Positions 35,511 to 51,130 of a stretch of 64,000 bases of DNA are shown here, piece by piece. The translations under genes and the position numbers were made by a program. The notes beneath the pieces were generated by a model. That model ran no database searches, was not told the origin of the DNA, and worked only from the letters and a program-made list of their open reading frames with translations. Every line of letters starts with the position of its first letter. Position 1 is the first letter of the stretch. The stretch comes from Eledone cirrhosa (taxonomy: Eukaryota). Location: contig OZ024741.1 in the NCBI GenBank assembly GCA_964016885.1, positions 162,626,001 to 162,690,000 on the forward strand, written 5' to 3'.

Positions 35511-36062
35511 CACATTCACACTCACGCTTTACTGACTTATATATATATAGGCACCCACCGCGATACAGAGAGTGAGCCAAAACCCTCACCCTCACTACCA
35601 TCACCCTACCCAAACCCCCACACACCCTCACACAATCACACACACACGCCCACCCTACCCCCTCTATATCGAGAGAGATGAAATAAATATATTATAAATG
35701 CCTAAAAGTTTTCCTCATCGTTTGTGTTTGTGAGAGGCGAGAAAAGGTATATATTTATTTATATTTATTTATATATATTTATATTTATCTATTTATATAT
35801 TTTATTCATGTCGCCCATTATTTTTAAAAGTTTTTCTCAACAAACAATTTCTTTAATTATCCTTTTATTTACCTAACTATTTTTTTCCCCTTCTTTCTCT
35901 AACTACAAAATGTTCAATTATATTAGTGTTTTGTGTGTCAATTATCGCATTGGATTCGCTCCGAGAGAAACGAGATCTAATAAGATGCTAAAACGTCTTC
36001 GTTTGAAAGTAAAAATAAAAAATAATGAAAAATAACGCGACAAAAATCATGAGAAATAATTG

Positions 36063-36139
<77 letters not shown>

Positions 36140-36606
36140 AAATCAAACACCGAAGAGGACAAAAATCTGAATAATAGAAAAAAAAATTAAAATGAATTAA
36201 AAGAATTTCCGCGATGTCAAATACATAAAAACTCCACAAAACTGACCCCCCCCCCCAAAAAAAACGAACGGTGTGTATGAATCTCGTTAATGTATACAGC
36301 GAAACTATAAAACATATAAAATAAATTTCTTCAGATACCCCAGAGCAAGTCATAATTCATTTACGGTACAATAGCGATTGTATTTCATTATCATCACCGC
36401 CTCCGCCGCTACTGCCATCATTGGCATCGTCACCGTCATCAACTGAATGTTTTATATCTGTCTATATATTAATATCTTTCTTTCTGGTTACGCATGCGCA
36501 ATGGTGAAAAAGCAGAAGCACACTTCCCTTTCTTCTGTCTGCCAACTAATAATCAAATACAATACGTTTTAATCCCAGTGATATTATTGAAACTAACGCA
36601 CGCACG

Positions 36607-36770
<164 letters not shown>

Positions 36771-37871
36771 AAATTATATATATATACATAGAATTATCCC
36801 ACAGGTTCGTTCTAAATGTTCTATTTCTAACTTAAATGTATGGATTGGTACATCTGATGTAATTAACTGGTTCAATGACGTGAATAATAAAAACAAACAC
36901 AAATTTATTCAGTTTGACATTGCCAGTTACTATTCTTCTATTTCGCCTTCACTCCTCAACAACGCTCTATCTTTCGCATTTAAATATTCTGACATTACCA
37001 CAGATGAACTTTACATCATTCTCACCGCAAGAAAAACTATCCTGGAATTCAACAACGAATATTGGACTAGAGCTGATACTTCCAACAATTTTGATATCAC
37101 AATGGGTTCGTCGGATTCAGCGCAATTGACGGACTTGATTGGTATCTCTATTTTGAATTCTTTAAATCGGAAAATTCCTCAACTTCGCGGTGGAATTTAT
37201 CGTGACGATGCCCATTTTACTATCTTAAACTGTAACTTAGTTAACCTTAATCTTATTAAGAATAATATACTTGATCTATTTCAGCACCATAACCTAAAAA
37301 TTGAATTTGAAAACAAAGTCAAACTAGCTAACTTCCTGGATATATCCCTTAATCTTGACACCGGCCTATATTACCATAAAGACAATGAGAATCTAAATTA
37401 TGTTAATTTTAAATCTAACCACCCCATTAACGTTTAAAATGCTATAGTCAGTAATGTTGAAAAAATAATCTCAAATCTATCCTCTAATAAAGTTATCTTT
37501 GACGCTAAAGCCAATTATTACAATAATGCGCTTTCCAGAGCCGGTTATCCTGACAAAATTAAATACAGTAAATAAACCAATCATCGAGGGACTTATAGTA
37601 AAATAGTTAGTTATAAAGAAAAGACCTCGATATAAAAATATGATTTGGTACAATGCTCCTTTTTCTCTATCTATTACTAGTAATATTCCTAAACTATTTT
37701 TTAGGGCCTTAGATAAATGCTTCCCTCCTTCGCATATTTATAGTAAGATCTTTAACAAACATACAATTAAATTCTCTTATTCCACCACTTCCAACATATC
37801 TAACATTATCTTTAAACATAATAATAAAATATTAAATAATAAATTATATCCATCCAACACTGAGCGTCATA

Positions 37872-37930
37872 ATAATTGTTTCTACTTTAGGCACAAGACC
37901 AGTAATTACCCAGTGCATTACTGGTACTTT
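37872..37930 (-). mobile_element. truncated SINE inserted in the PLE, ~18-bp TSD
   Basis: actgagcgtcataataat at 37859 and at 37941 flanks the SINE tail fragment. Confidence 0.75.
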
Positions 37931-39587
37931 ACTGAGCATTACTGAGCGTCATAATAATAGCAATAGTAAACCCGACGTCAATGTTAACTCTAGGCTAGAT
38001 TCCGTAAATTTAAATACGACGTCAAACGTAACTTTGTCGAATGTTCATAACACCAATCTAAATCAGTAAACTTTAGCACATATCGTAAATAACTTCTCAA
38101 ATCCAATTCTTTCTATAAATAATACTAGGTCACTTGTTAATAACTCTGGTAATTTCTCTAACCGTAATTGCAATTGCCCTGTTAGAACTAAATGTCCTCT
38201 TAGTAACCAATGTCTTGATAACAATTTAGTGTATGAATGTAAGGTTATAACTGGTACTGATTCTTTTACCTATTTTGGTTCCACTTCCACTTCCTTTAAA
38301 GCAAGATTTTATAATCACAATTCGTCTTTTAAATACCAACTTAAAAGAACTAACACGGCACTCTCAGAACTCATATGGTCCGTAAAGGACAAAAATATTA
38401 ACTACTATATTTCTTGGAGGAAGGTTTGCAACGCCTCTCCTTACCTGAATTCTTCCCTATCCAGAACATGTAATCTCTGCTTAGCCGAGAAATTTACCAT
38501 TATCTCTAATTTTAATTCTATAATAAATAGACGTACGGATTTATTTTCGCCCTACTTGCATAAATCCCATAGAACTTTCCATAAAGTATACAGCTAATAT
38601 CTTACTACCTAATTAGTTTAAAATCTTTTCTCAAACGCTTTTATATCTTTTACAAATATACCCATCTTTCTTCCCTATTTCAGTATATTATACAATTTAC
38701 TCATTTTATGTCGTTAGCGGTCCTCTATTTTTCTTCTTTTTTATCCTTTTTTTCTTTTTTAATTTTTAATTTCTAATCTTTAATCTGCAACTTTTACTTC
38801 TCAATTACTTCTTAATTCATATTATAACTCACTATAGCATTTTCCTTATATTCTCGGCCATACAAATTTTTATTTTTAATATATACTAATATTACCATTA
38901 GTAAATTTTGCAAACATTTTTTTTGACGTTATATATTTTTTCTTCCTTGAATTTTCTTCTTTCTTCTCTCCTTACGTGCTCGTATTAAACCTATTATTTA
39001 CTTTTTCCTATTACAATACATAGAAACAAACTTGGAGCCTAACTAATTCTTCTTAGTTCATAATTCATTTAACCTTTTCTTCATTCACCTTATCTCCTTA
39101 ATATTTTTTATTTTAATAATACATTTTAATAAATTCCTTTTCGCACATATTATTAAACCCTTCAATATATAAACCTTAAATAAATAGTATTCTAATTCCT
39201 TTTTCTTTAATCATAAGCATCACCATTCATAAACCTCATTAACTTTTAATTTCAACATTTTTTAATTATGTATTATCTTACAACGGTTTTTTTAAATTTC
39301 TCTCTGTGAGACAGTGTTTCTCAGTATTAAAGGTTATCTCTTTCTCTCTCTCTCACTCATTTTCTCCTCCGCTCTCATCCTTCCTTCTTATACTCCTCCT
39401 CCGTCATCCTTTCCTTATTATTATATATTTTTTTCTTATATTCTTTCTTCCTCTTCTTTACCTTTTCCTTCCCCCCTTCCTTTTCTTTTTTTCCCAATCT
39501 CATATATCCATCTTATTTTATTTTTCATATGTTGATTTGAAACTTTACTGCTCGCAAGTGTTTTTTAAGCTTCATATCATGTATCCC

Positions 39588-39658
39588 TATTTTATCTGAT
39601 GAGAACGCAAATATCATGCCATGATGATATTTGTTTTTGAAATGCGCATAATAAAATA
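39588..39658 (+). ncRNA. type I hammerhead with palindromic stem III
   Basis: tattttat CTGATGA gaacgcaaatatcat...gatatttgttttt GAAA tgcgca TA ataaaata. Confidence 0.85.
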
Positions 39659-39717
39659 CATGGAACACTTTTAACCATCTTTTGATTTTATATTATATAT
39701 ATATACATACATATATA

Positions 39718-39932
39718 GTGGTTTCTTATATAGGCACAAGGCCAGCAATTTTGGGGGAGGGGAAAGTCGATTAAATCGACCCCAGTGCGTGACTGGTACT
39801 TTATTTTATCGACCTCGTAAGGATGAAAGGCAAATTAACCTCGGCGGGATTTGAACTCAGATCATAAAGGGCTGTAACTCTATGCTGGAAAGCATGGCAT
39901 CCGACCCTCTACCGATACTGCCAATCCACCAC
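39718..39932 (-). mobile_element. tRNA-derived SINE, full length
   Basis: Consensus match on the minus strand. Confidence 0.88.
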
Positions 39933-41011
39933 CCTCATACATACATACATATATATATATAGTAATAATAATAAATGTGAAGACTAAAATCCAAAGAGGG
40001 CTCGATAAGGATAAATATATATCAAATATATAAGAACCCTAGAGCAAATATAATTAATATATATATATATATATATATATGTGTATACCCTATCGAGTGC
40101 TTAGTTGCACACCGAAACTGCATTCGTTAGCTTGGCTGCAACCATGGCTTCGTTGATGCTGTACTAAATTTTGTATTATTATCTCCTAGAATTAACCATT
40201 AATTGATTAATTTAATTAGACAATTCTATTGATCGATTAATTGTTTATGTTTGTTTGATAACTTCTAGTTGAGTGCTTAATTCGGTTTGTGTAAGGGAAT
40301 TTTTATTCCTTTGTTCGAAATTTTGAATTGACGATTTGCTGGACGCTCTTCTGGGTGGTGGAGAGAGAAGGGATAACAGGGGTGAGTAAACTGGTGTGGT
40401 ATAATTGGGGTAGCAAGTACACACACACACAATTCATAAACATCAGGTAAAGAGGGTAGGAAGAAGGAGAACAGAAAGAGGAAAAACAAAATCAAAAGAG
40501 AGAAAATCTCAGGGAGAAGAAATAGAGAGAAAGAGACGTTGGGTGGAAAAGAGAAGAGAAATAGAAGTGATAAAGAACAGAAAAGAGAAGAGGAGGGAGA
40601 CAGGAGAGGAGAAAGAAAGAAAAGAAGTACAGGAGTGAGAAAGAAAGGGAAATATGTTTCTGACCATCAAATGGTCAAATATAGGCTGCTTCCCTTGAAC
40701 TGTACCAGGAGGTGGAATAGTTGAAATTGTAGTGTCAGATTCCCATGAGGATACGAAAATATAAAATAGGATGAAAGTATGAAAATATCAAAACAGTGAT
40801 ATAAATCCACATGTGATACACCATGAGATGAAAATTAAAATAAATGTATATATTTATATATTATAACACATCCCATTCAAATACGATACAAACACAGACA
40901 TAGATATACCCTCACTCATACACAAACATTCATACGAAAACACACATATGGAATGAACTTCTATCGGTTTCGACGATGTGTGTTCCAGGTTTTTGATCAA
41001 TGGAACAGTCT

Positions 41012-41530
41012 CAGACCTGTCAACTCTCCCCGTCCAACGGGGAGATCTTCAACCTACTCTGGGGTGGGTGAGATATGTCTTCTCTTGTGAAAATGGGTAT
41101 AGCTTTCATTGGATTGGCAGTATCGTTAGAGGGTCGGACGCCATGCTTTGACGCATAGAGTTACGGCCCTTGCCATTCTGAGTTCAAATCCCGCCGAGGT
41201 TAACTTTGCCTTTCATCCTTACGGAGTCGATAAAATAAAGTACCAGTAATGCACTGGGATAATTACTGGCCTTGTGCCAAATGTAGAAACAATTATGTAA
41301 AATCTCCCCATTTTGCCTCATTTCTCTCCGCTTTAAAGCAAGATTTTATAATCACAATTCGTCTTTTAAATACCAACTTAAAAGAACTAACACGGCACTC
41401 TCAGAACTCATATGGTCCGTAAAGGACAAAAATATTAACTACAACATTTCTTGGAGGAAGGTTTGCAACGCCTCTCCTTACTTTTTTTCATGGTACTCCC
41501 CGTTTGGGTTTTTAGAGGTTGGCAGGTCTG
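41012..41530. mobile_element. MITE (TIR cagacctg(t/c)caac) containing a SINE (41110-41297) and a PLE fragment (41331-41481)
   Basis: cagacctgtcaactct...agaggttggcaggtctg. Second copy at 42007-42405. Confidence 0.65.
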
Positions 41531-41584
41531 ATACGTGGTGGCATGAATGCTAGAAGAGCAGAAACAAGGAAGACATATATCTTA

Positions 41585-41965
41585 TAATAATTGTTTCTAC
41601 TTTTGACACAAGGCCAGCAATTATCCAGTGCATTACTGATATTTTATTTTATCGACCCCGTAAGGATGAAAGGCAAAGTTAAACTCGGCGGGATTTGAAC
41701 TCAGAATGGCAAGGGCACTAACTCGATGCGTCAAAGCATAGTGACTGACCCTCTACCGATACTGCCAATCCAATAATTGTTTCTACTATTGGCACAAGGC
41801 CAACAATTACCCAGTACATTACTGGTACTTTATTTTATCGACCCCGTAAGGATGAAAGGCAAAGTTAAACTCGGCGGGATTTGAACTCAGAATGGCAAGG
41901 GCCGTAACTCTATGTGTCAAAGCATGGCGTCCGATCCTCTACCGATACTGCCAATCCACCGCCCT
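41585..41965 (-). mobile_element. two tandem SINEs
   Basis: Two consecutive minus-strand consensus matches. Confidence 0.85.
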
Positions 41966-42006
41966 TCCAATAATGGTTTCTTTTTAGATACTCAATGGAG
42001 CAGTCT

Positions 42007-42405
42007 CAGACCTGTCAACTCTCTCCGTACAACGGGGAGATCTTCCACCCATTTTGGGGCGGGTGACATATGTATTTTCTTGTGAAAATCGGTTTAGCTT
42101 TCATTATGTAAAATCTAGGGCGGTAAATTGGCAGTATCGGTAAAGGGTTGGACGCCATGCTTTGACGCATAGAGTTACGGCCCTTGCCATTCTGAGTTCA
42201 AATCCCGCCGAGGTTAACTTTGCCTTTCATCCTTACGGGGGTCGATAAAATAAAGTACCAGTAATGTACTGGGTAATTGCTGGCCTTGTGCCAAAAGTAG
42301 AAACAATTATGTAAAATCTCTCCATTTTGCTTCATTTCTCCCAGTTTTAAGGCACTTTTATTTCATGGAACTCCCCGTTTTGGTTTTTAGAGATTGGCAG
42401 GTCTG
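42007..42405. mobile_element. second MITE copy containing a full SINE (42117-42306) with TSD attatgtaaaatct
   Basis: Same TIRs. The TSD is visible at ~42103 and ~42307. Confidence 0.65.
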
Positions 42406-43468
42406 CAGGCTGCACATGATATATATCTGTAAGTGGCTGAGCATTCCACTGAGTTGTGTACTCTTAATATAATTTTCAGGGAGATTCAGCGTGATACAAT
42501 GTGTGATAAGGCTAGTCCATTTACCGAGCTTCAAAAGTTTGTCTACCCAGTCTCTCTCACAAGACATGGGTCAATCTGAAGCTATTATAGACGGCACTTG
42601 ATGCCAGGCCAACGATGCAAGGACACGACCAATATGCAAGGCAACGGTGAGAGATCTCCTTAGTATTAGGGATGAACTGTAATTGTTAGGACTCACTTGG
42701 GCCGAGGAATAATAGTGACTTTTAATTTGCTTAAATTCATAGTTGTACAACTTCTATTAAATTACTGTTCTTGTCTTAAGGCTAAACCGTATTCTTTGAT
42801 TTTTATTCTAAAGAGTTCTTTTGTGGGCGATTTAATATTTTAAATGTTTTTCAAAATTTCACTCGCAGGCGAAGGGTTCTCCAACTCTGATTTAAATGAC
42901 ACAATAAATACACACTGATTGTTAAATTTTTATTCTTCACTATCACTACTGGATAACATCATTGTGAATTCTTTCATGAGAAAATTATGATAAATTTGAT
43001 ACATTAAAAAAAAAAAAAAATTAATTTTCACCTTGTTGACAACAAATACGTTCTATTTGGGGGGTTGGTGATGAATAACACGTAAGAGAATGTTATATAA
43101 AATAAATTAAACGACACCCTTCTCTTATTTTCCTTTTTTTATGAGAACAATTAACTTACTGAAATAACGAGTTTTCTTTTGTTTTACCTATTAAATTTAA
43201 AATCTCAAAGGGAACATATTATGCAAGTTTGAATAATTCACTTATTTTCCTGTAATTTTCTTGCAATAAAACAAATATAGTGTTGTTTTTGTTTTGAGAT
43301 TATCGCCAGTTTAAAACTGAAATTGTCTATTTTCTCAAATGGTTTGTTATTAGTGGCTGTAATTAGTGACATAACAGCAAGAAGCACGCTTTTCCCGAGA
43401 GATGATTCTGCAAATGTAGTTTCGATACCTAGTTGACGCAAGTTCATTTTTCTGTTATATTTTTAATA

Positions 43469-43990
43469 CTAGCAGAGGCACACGACGTTGCTCGGGTATT
43501 AAATAGCAGTCATGTATAGCATTTATATCAATACTTCAGTGCTGCTTCGAAAACCATACTTGTACAAAATCATCGGCCTTTTCTAAAAAGAGGTTCCTGT
43601 CCCCAGGGGTCCCCTACTTAATATGTGCCAATTCTGAGCGTTCAAATTCATCTGTAGAACATACGTAGCCCATGTGTCAAGTTTGGTGAAACTCGGTTGC
43701 GAACTCCAGAAATTATGACGTTTTGTTGCATTGCACTGCAGTGCTTCAGTCGACTCCAAGGAAGCGGTTAATGGTTTCCAAATACTTTGACCGTACCTGG
43801 CATAAAATAGGAAACTTTCACTGGACCCCATTAAATACAGTCCATATGTTTAAAGTAAAAACACTGTTATAAGGGCAATAACGAGTTTAGCTAATATCAT
43901 AAGCTCATATTTTTAAGGTGAAACTTAGAAACGGTAAAAGTAGCGGAAAAAGTAAATGCGTTACAGATTTAGTTACACCTCTTTCAAACC
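43469..43990 (-). mobile_element. non-autonomous Helitron 3' part
   Basis: Minus strand ends cccgagcaacgtcgtg...ctgCTAG|T. The 5' boundary is uncertain. Confidence 0.5.
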
Positions 43991-44495
43991 GTACTAGATT
44001 TTATTTTTATCTTCACTCTTCAGGAGTAGTTAAAACCAATGAAGCGCTGAAATAAGATGATCCCATTGTTCTCTCCTGCAAAATGTGTAATCTTATCTAC
44101 TGTATAAATGGCAATTTCTGTCTGTCTGTGTATCTGTATATCTATATGTATAACCAATTGGCGCCTACACAAGTGATCCGATCCTGATGAAACTTTACAC
44201 ACATGTTAAGCTAATATTCAGAAACAGGACTGGCTCATTGGATTTCAATAAAAACCAATAATGGAACCCCTGGGGATATCTTTATAATGGAGGAGGAAAG
44301 GGAAGACGTTTCAGTGAGAGAGGGGGAAGAGGAGATACTACTACTGTATGTTAAACGGTCCCTCCCACTACTTCCCTTCCTTCTTCCACAACTCAGTCCT
44401 CCAAAACGAAGCAACAACTTATTAGAAATATACATAAAGAAATTTAAAACAAAGCAGACGACAATCTAATTTTGGTTGACGACTGAACAAATGTC

Positions 44496-44559
<64 letters not shown>

Positions 44560-44588
44560 CATACATACATATACATATACATATATAC

Positions 44589-44653
<65 letters not shown>

Positions 44654-44679
44654 CATATATATATGTATACAGAGACATT

Positions 44680-44727
<48 letters not shown>

Positions 44728-44731
<4 letters not shown>

Positions 44732-45055
44732 ATCAAAAGATGGTTAAAAGAGTTCCATGTATTTTATTATGCGCATTTCAAAAACAAATATCATCATGCA
44801 ATAACATTTGCGTTTTCGTCAGATAAAATAGGGAGACATGATATGAAGGTTAAAACACACTTGTGAATAGTGCAGTTTTAAATCAACATATATGTTGATT
44901 TAAAACTGCACTATTCACAAGTGTGTTTTAACCTTCATATCATGTCTCCCTATTTTATCTGACGAAAGCGCAAATGTTATTGCATGATGATATTTGTTTT
45001 TGAAATGCGCATAATAAAATACATGGAACTCTTTTAACCATCTTTTGATCTTATA
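44728..45055. mobile_element. near-perfect fold-back of PLE 3' end with two hammerheads (44760-44830 minus, 44951-45021 plus)
   Basis: Palindrome centred at ~44890, homologous to 39525-39695. Core CTGACGA...GAAA tgcgca TA with stem I tattttat/ataaaata. Confidence 0.85.
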
Positions 45056-45248
45056 TATTATTATTATTTACTTTGCTTTTCATCCCTACGGGGTCGATAA
45101 AATAAAGTACCAGTAATGCACTGAGTAATTGTGGCCTTGTGCCAAAAGTAGAAACAATTATTATTTATACTCCAGTCCTACAAACTGTAGAGTGCTACTT
45201 ATCCGATATCTGCATTGCTTTATTGTACTACAATAAAACTCACCTCCT

Positions 45249-45293
<45 letters not shown>

Positions 45294-45327
45294 TAAATAT
45301 ATATTTATATATATATATATATTTATA

Positions 45328-45413
<86 letters not shown>

Positions 45414-45444
45414 AAAGAATAGAGGTGTAACACACAAGTTATTA

Positions 45445-45814
45445 TATATTGGTAAACGGAATAGAAAATGCTGACAAATTGTTCACAGTTGAAAAATGCT
45501 TTAATTAGGAATAAAAGAGTATTAGTGATTGTATGGGTTAGTATTCAGTTGTGGTTTTAAGTTTTTTAAGTTTTTACCGGTTGCGCATTTCTAAATGCTT
45601 TTCAAAAATAATTTTGAGATAGAGTGTCCAAACAGCACGGACACTCTATCTCAAAATTATTTTTGAAAAGCATTTAGAAATGCGCAACCGGTAAAAACTT
45701 AAAAACTTAAAACCACAACTGAATACTAACCCATACAATCACTAATACTCTTTTATTCCTAATTAAACCATTTTTCAACTGTGAACAATTTGTCAGCATT
45801 TTCTATTCCGTTTA

Positions 45815-45820
<6 letters not shown>
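45445..45820. repeat. ~185-bp-arm near-perfect inverted repeat embedded in (TA)n
   Basis: Arms meet at gagtgtcc-aaacagcac-ggacactc (~45622-45646). Confidence 0.85.
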
Positions 45821-46797
<977 letters not shown>

Positions 46798-48382
46798 CTG
46801 ATATGGATTCTGAACACGTGTTCACGCTTAAATCACATTAAGGTCAACTGCAGGAATCGGTGATAAGTTACAAAGAAATGTGATGATCAATGACCTGGAA
46901 GTTGGCTTACTACGAGATTAGTCCGAAGATAAAATCGAAATCGTATGTTGACGAATATTCATACTCCCGGCATGTTAATTGTAACATACCGTCTTTGAGA
47001 GTAGAGTTTATTTTGTCGATATTTCGATGTGTCGGATCGTAGGAAGATTAACACGAATTACGAAGATGTAACTTCTCCCCCATTATTGACACTTTGCAAC
47101 AGTGAATGTTACAAGGCACTCTTTAGGGCCAACACCTCTGATTGTTTATCCGACTTATTATGGTGTGTTTCCTCGGGTTATGTCTACTATAGGGGGAAAA
47201 CGGGATGGTTTTATTGAATTCTCCAGTCATTTGAAGGTCTTTACAAACGGTGATATACAGGGTGCTTGAACAGAACCTGAATATGTTCACTCGGTTATAA
47301 TTTCTTCAATAATTGTGATGACTTCCTCAATTGTTCAGTGTTTGTTCTTGAGCGGTAAGGCAGTAAGTTTGCTATTCTTATACATAAGTTTGTTGAATAA
47401 GTTCGATACTTTTCGAGCTCAAACTTCCCAGGCTTATTCACTCTGAACGAAGAAAGCTGGATGGAAGGACTTATGACTTAAACAGCTATTGGTAGTTCCA
47501 CACAAAACATTGATCTGCCATAAACACCTAGTAAAGGTTGCTATTGAAAATTCAGCATGGGCCCCCAGGATTGCTAGCACTTTCAGGCGCACTCTGGGAA
47601 CTGCGAATAATCCCACCTTTCCCGGGTATTACCGGGTACTATAGACGTTAAGCGGACATGAATTATATTGCAGTATTTAGTTATGTGTTATATTTTGTTT
47701 TTAATACCCACCAAAGAAGCTTTGACTTTCATCCTTCAGGACAAGTTAAAGTAAATGACGACACAAGTCCATGCGTTGTTAAGACGTTCACTGTACAACT
47801 ACAGGGTTTCCGGTTCAGTTTCACTGTGCAGTTTCTAGGTCAAGAAAATGTCGTTCATTTTCTCGGGTCGACCAAGTTTCAAATACAAGGTCGACTGCGT
47901 AATTGAAATTTGGCAGACGGAGATTGTTTGGGAAACCCGTAAGAAGGACCATCTATATATCAGGATATTATACTTAATCTGTTACCTGGTTTAATTTCAA
48001 CTTCTGACGCTTGAGTGCCTTTAACAGAATCCACCTTATTAAAAAGCGTTTGGCTCAAGTTTCCGGTCCGAAGAAAGTTTTCTTCTACCCGTCATGGAAG
48101 CCCTAGAGGGGTCATGAGCCCTACTCTTCCTCCTCTAAAAATGCAATATAATATATGAACAGGGGTTTAAAGGTTTGTGCATAAAAAATAGGGATGCGAA
48201 GCTATCATTTACTTGGGACGGAGAACACCACGGCTTCAACATTTTTCTACTCCGAGTACTGAAATTTTGTATTTCCAAAGTTGCCCGTAAGCATCTTCGT
48301 TGTTGTTCAAGGAGAGAACACTCCCATATTCTATGGGCAACTAAACTGTAACTCTTCACAGACCATTGGTATGGTTTATACT

Positions 48383-48610
48383 AATAATTGTTTCTACTTT
48401 AGGCACAAAGCCAGCAATTTTTTTAAGGGGAAGGAAAAGTCGAATAAATCGACCCCAGTGCATTACTGGTGCTTTATTTTATCGACCCCGTAAGGATGAA
48501 AGGCAAAGTTAACCTCGGCGGGATTTGAACTCAGACTATAAAGGGGCGTATCTCTGTGCTGCAAAGCATGGCGTCCGACCCCCCTACCAATACTGCCAAT
48601 CCACCACCTT
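48383..48610 (-). mobile_element. tRNA-derived SINE with ~17-bp TSD
   Basis: tggtttatactaataat at 48372 and 48612. Confidence 0.88.
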
Positions 48611-49297
48611 GTGGTTTATACTAATAATATATCATTTTAGTGTTTTATAAATTCACACCGTAATTTCTTTAATGGATTGATGGATTTGTTAGAACATGCA
48701 AGGAGTTGCCTCCCAGTATCTGTTCCGGCTCTTTGCGTTCTGAGTTCAAATTCTGCCCATTACAACTAAACTCAAGGTGGTGGATTGGCAGAATTGTTAG
48801 AGTGTCGGACAAAATGCTTTGTAGTATTTGTTTCGGCCCGCTTAGTCTTCTAAGTTCATATCCCGCTGATGTCAACTTTGCCATTTATCCTTTCTATAAA
48901 ATAAAGTAATGGTAAAGTAATGAGGTCGGTATAAACGACTTTCTCTTTCCCTTAGCCTTGTGCTTAAATTAGAAACCATTATTATCGGGTTCTTCGAGGC
49001 AGGAGACGGGACCAGGCTAACAACGACAGACCTTCAATATCAGGAATGTATTGATTGAAGCAACACCTTAGTCGCAGACACTAGGACAAAAAACGAAGAA
49101 TCTTAAATTCATTAAATATATTTAGCCCACAATGCTAACTGCAGTCAGGCTGAATTAATTCAATTTATTTGATTTCCATTTATTTTAATTCAATTTATAT
49201 CATATTAAAATGAAATTGTGTTAATTAAATAATTCCAATTAAAATTGGTTCCATGACATAAAGTAGTTATATACAGGCTTCTAGTCTACTGCAAATA

Positions 49298-49375
49298 TTG
49301 GGTCGTCAAGTATGAAATTTGTAGAAATTTGTTTATTTCTATTAATTTCTACAAATTTCATACTTGACGACCCAA
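49298..49375. mobile_element. 78-bp Tc1/mariner-type MITE
   Basis: 32-bp perfect TIR ttgggtcgtcaagtatgaaatttgtagaaatt, with TA on both sides. Confidence 0.8.
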
Positions 49376-50089
49376 TAATACGAGTCTATAAGGCGGGAAC
49401 GTACGAAGTAGCTCAACCTGTTAAAAATAACAACCAATTCTTCCTTAAATCACATCCTACTGTCGTATTAAAAGGGAATACAAATTGGTAATGTAGTTCT
49501 AGCTATAATATGTCTTAGCTAAAGACTGGATGGCTACAGCTGAAATGGACTTTGATAATAGGTCTGCTTGATTAGGGCTGACTCAGAAATAGTATAACTG
49601 ACTACAAATACCAGCAAAACCCCTCTCAAACCCCTCTGCAACATATTAAATAAGAAAAGGATACGTTCAGTGATGTAGTCCTAGAGATAGCCTTAAAATG
49701 ACGGGAGTGTCACAGCTGGAAATGGTTTCATCAAAGTTTTGCTTGACCAAGGTCGATTTGGGAAGGTAAATAACAACAGCTTCGCTACAAATATCAACAT
49801 TTGTTTCCTGCTTCCTATAAGTACGTCATGTACCGTTATAAGAGATAGGCTCACTGACCAGTGAGACAATCGGGAGTAAAGGCCCATGCTAAACTATGTA
49901 AGCTGTGGCTGTGTATGTAGAGATTCCAATACTTTGTTTTTCCGGAATGTAAGTGTATGTGTGTTCATAATGTCTTGACCACTTTCATGACCATATTTCT
50001 AGCAACAATATACCACCTTTCGCATTTAATTATCAAAATAATCAACAATTATGAGTGATTTAGTGAAATGATTAACTTTAATTAAATAA

Positions 50090-50315
50090 GGGTTTTTGAT
50101 TTAGGCACAAGACCAACACTTTTTTTGGGGGGGGAGGGGGGAAGTCGATTAAATCGACCTCAGTGCGTTACTGGTACTTTATTTCATTGACCTCCTAAGG
50201 ATGAAAAGCAAAACTAACCTCGGCGGGATTTGAAATGAGAACATAAAGGGCCGTAACTCTATGTTGCGAAGCATGTTGTCCAACGCTCTACCGATATTCC
50301 CAATTCATCGCCCTA
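50090..50315 (-). mobile_element. diverged tRNA-derived SINE
   Basis: Consensus match on the minus strand. Confidence 0.8.
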
Positions 50316-51130
50316 TATCTAGTATGTAATAATGGTTTCTGATTTAGGTATCATTTGAACACTTTCATTGACGCGTTTATGGGAGGCTTGGTATTTAAAG
50401 GATTAAGACGACTCTGGGTATGTCAGGTCAACTTAAAAGACTTGGGAAATTAAATATACACAACGAAAACCGCAGTCACGAACCTGAAATGAAAAATTTT
50501 AAACGATAATCTACTACTCAGCTTTTCCAGACCATAACGTGTGATAAACGTTGTCAGTTCGTTCCTTCACTGACATTATGTTAGATCTTTAGCCAGAATT
50601 CTTATTGTTATCATATTGCAGCTGTCTTGAAAGATCACAAGCATTTCTCAGAATGCCATCTGTTATTAAATGTTTTCAGACACCTTTTTTGAGACAAGCT
50701 TATTTAATATAGTTAATGTACTCTGATCTATTTATTTTCGTTGTTTTCACCTCCCCCCTCCCACACACACATATTTATTTATATATAATGGTGAAAATGA
50801 AACCAACAAGACAAGGTTTAGTAGTTAATTAATCCATTGTTTTACGATCGTTTCAGCGGGAAAAAAAACTATTTTTTATGTATTGATTGGATAGCAGAAT
50901 GGATGTATTTTGTCGGGACAAATAGTATGGGGCCGCATAACTGCTATCGTGATAATCTCATCTCTATTTCTTGCATTTCGTATCAAAGATTAAATTATCT
51001 AATCCACCCCGCCCCTTTTCACAATCGTACGCTAAACTTTGAGGGATATTTGACTGCTATTTTTAACAGTTTGAGTGAATACGTAGAAGCACAATTTATA
51101 TCTAAGGATTTGTATTGTATTTCAGAATGG

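Larger units (their letters stand above)
36790..39700 (+). mobile_element. decayed Naiad-type PLE: RT core + GIY-YIG + 3' pLTR
   Basis: FIQFDIASYYSSIS, FDITMGS, GGIYRDD, NFLDISLNL, IWYNAPFS, NCNCPVRTKCPLSNQCL and VYECK..TYFGSTSTSFKARFYNH..CNLCLAEK. Contains stops and frameshifts. Confidence 0.92.

Noticed and set aside
43238-43447. 69-aa minus ORF as a host exon
   Set aside because: No recognisable homology and no convincing partner exons.
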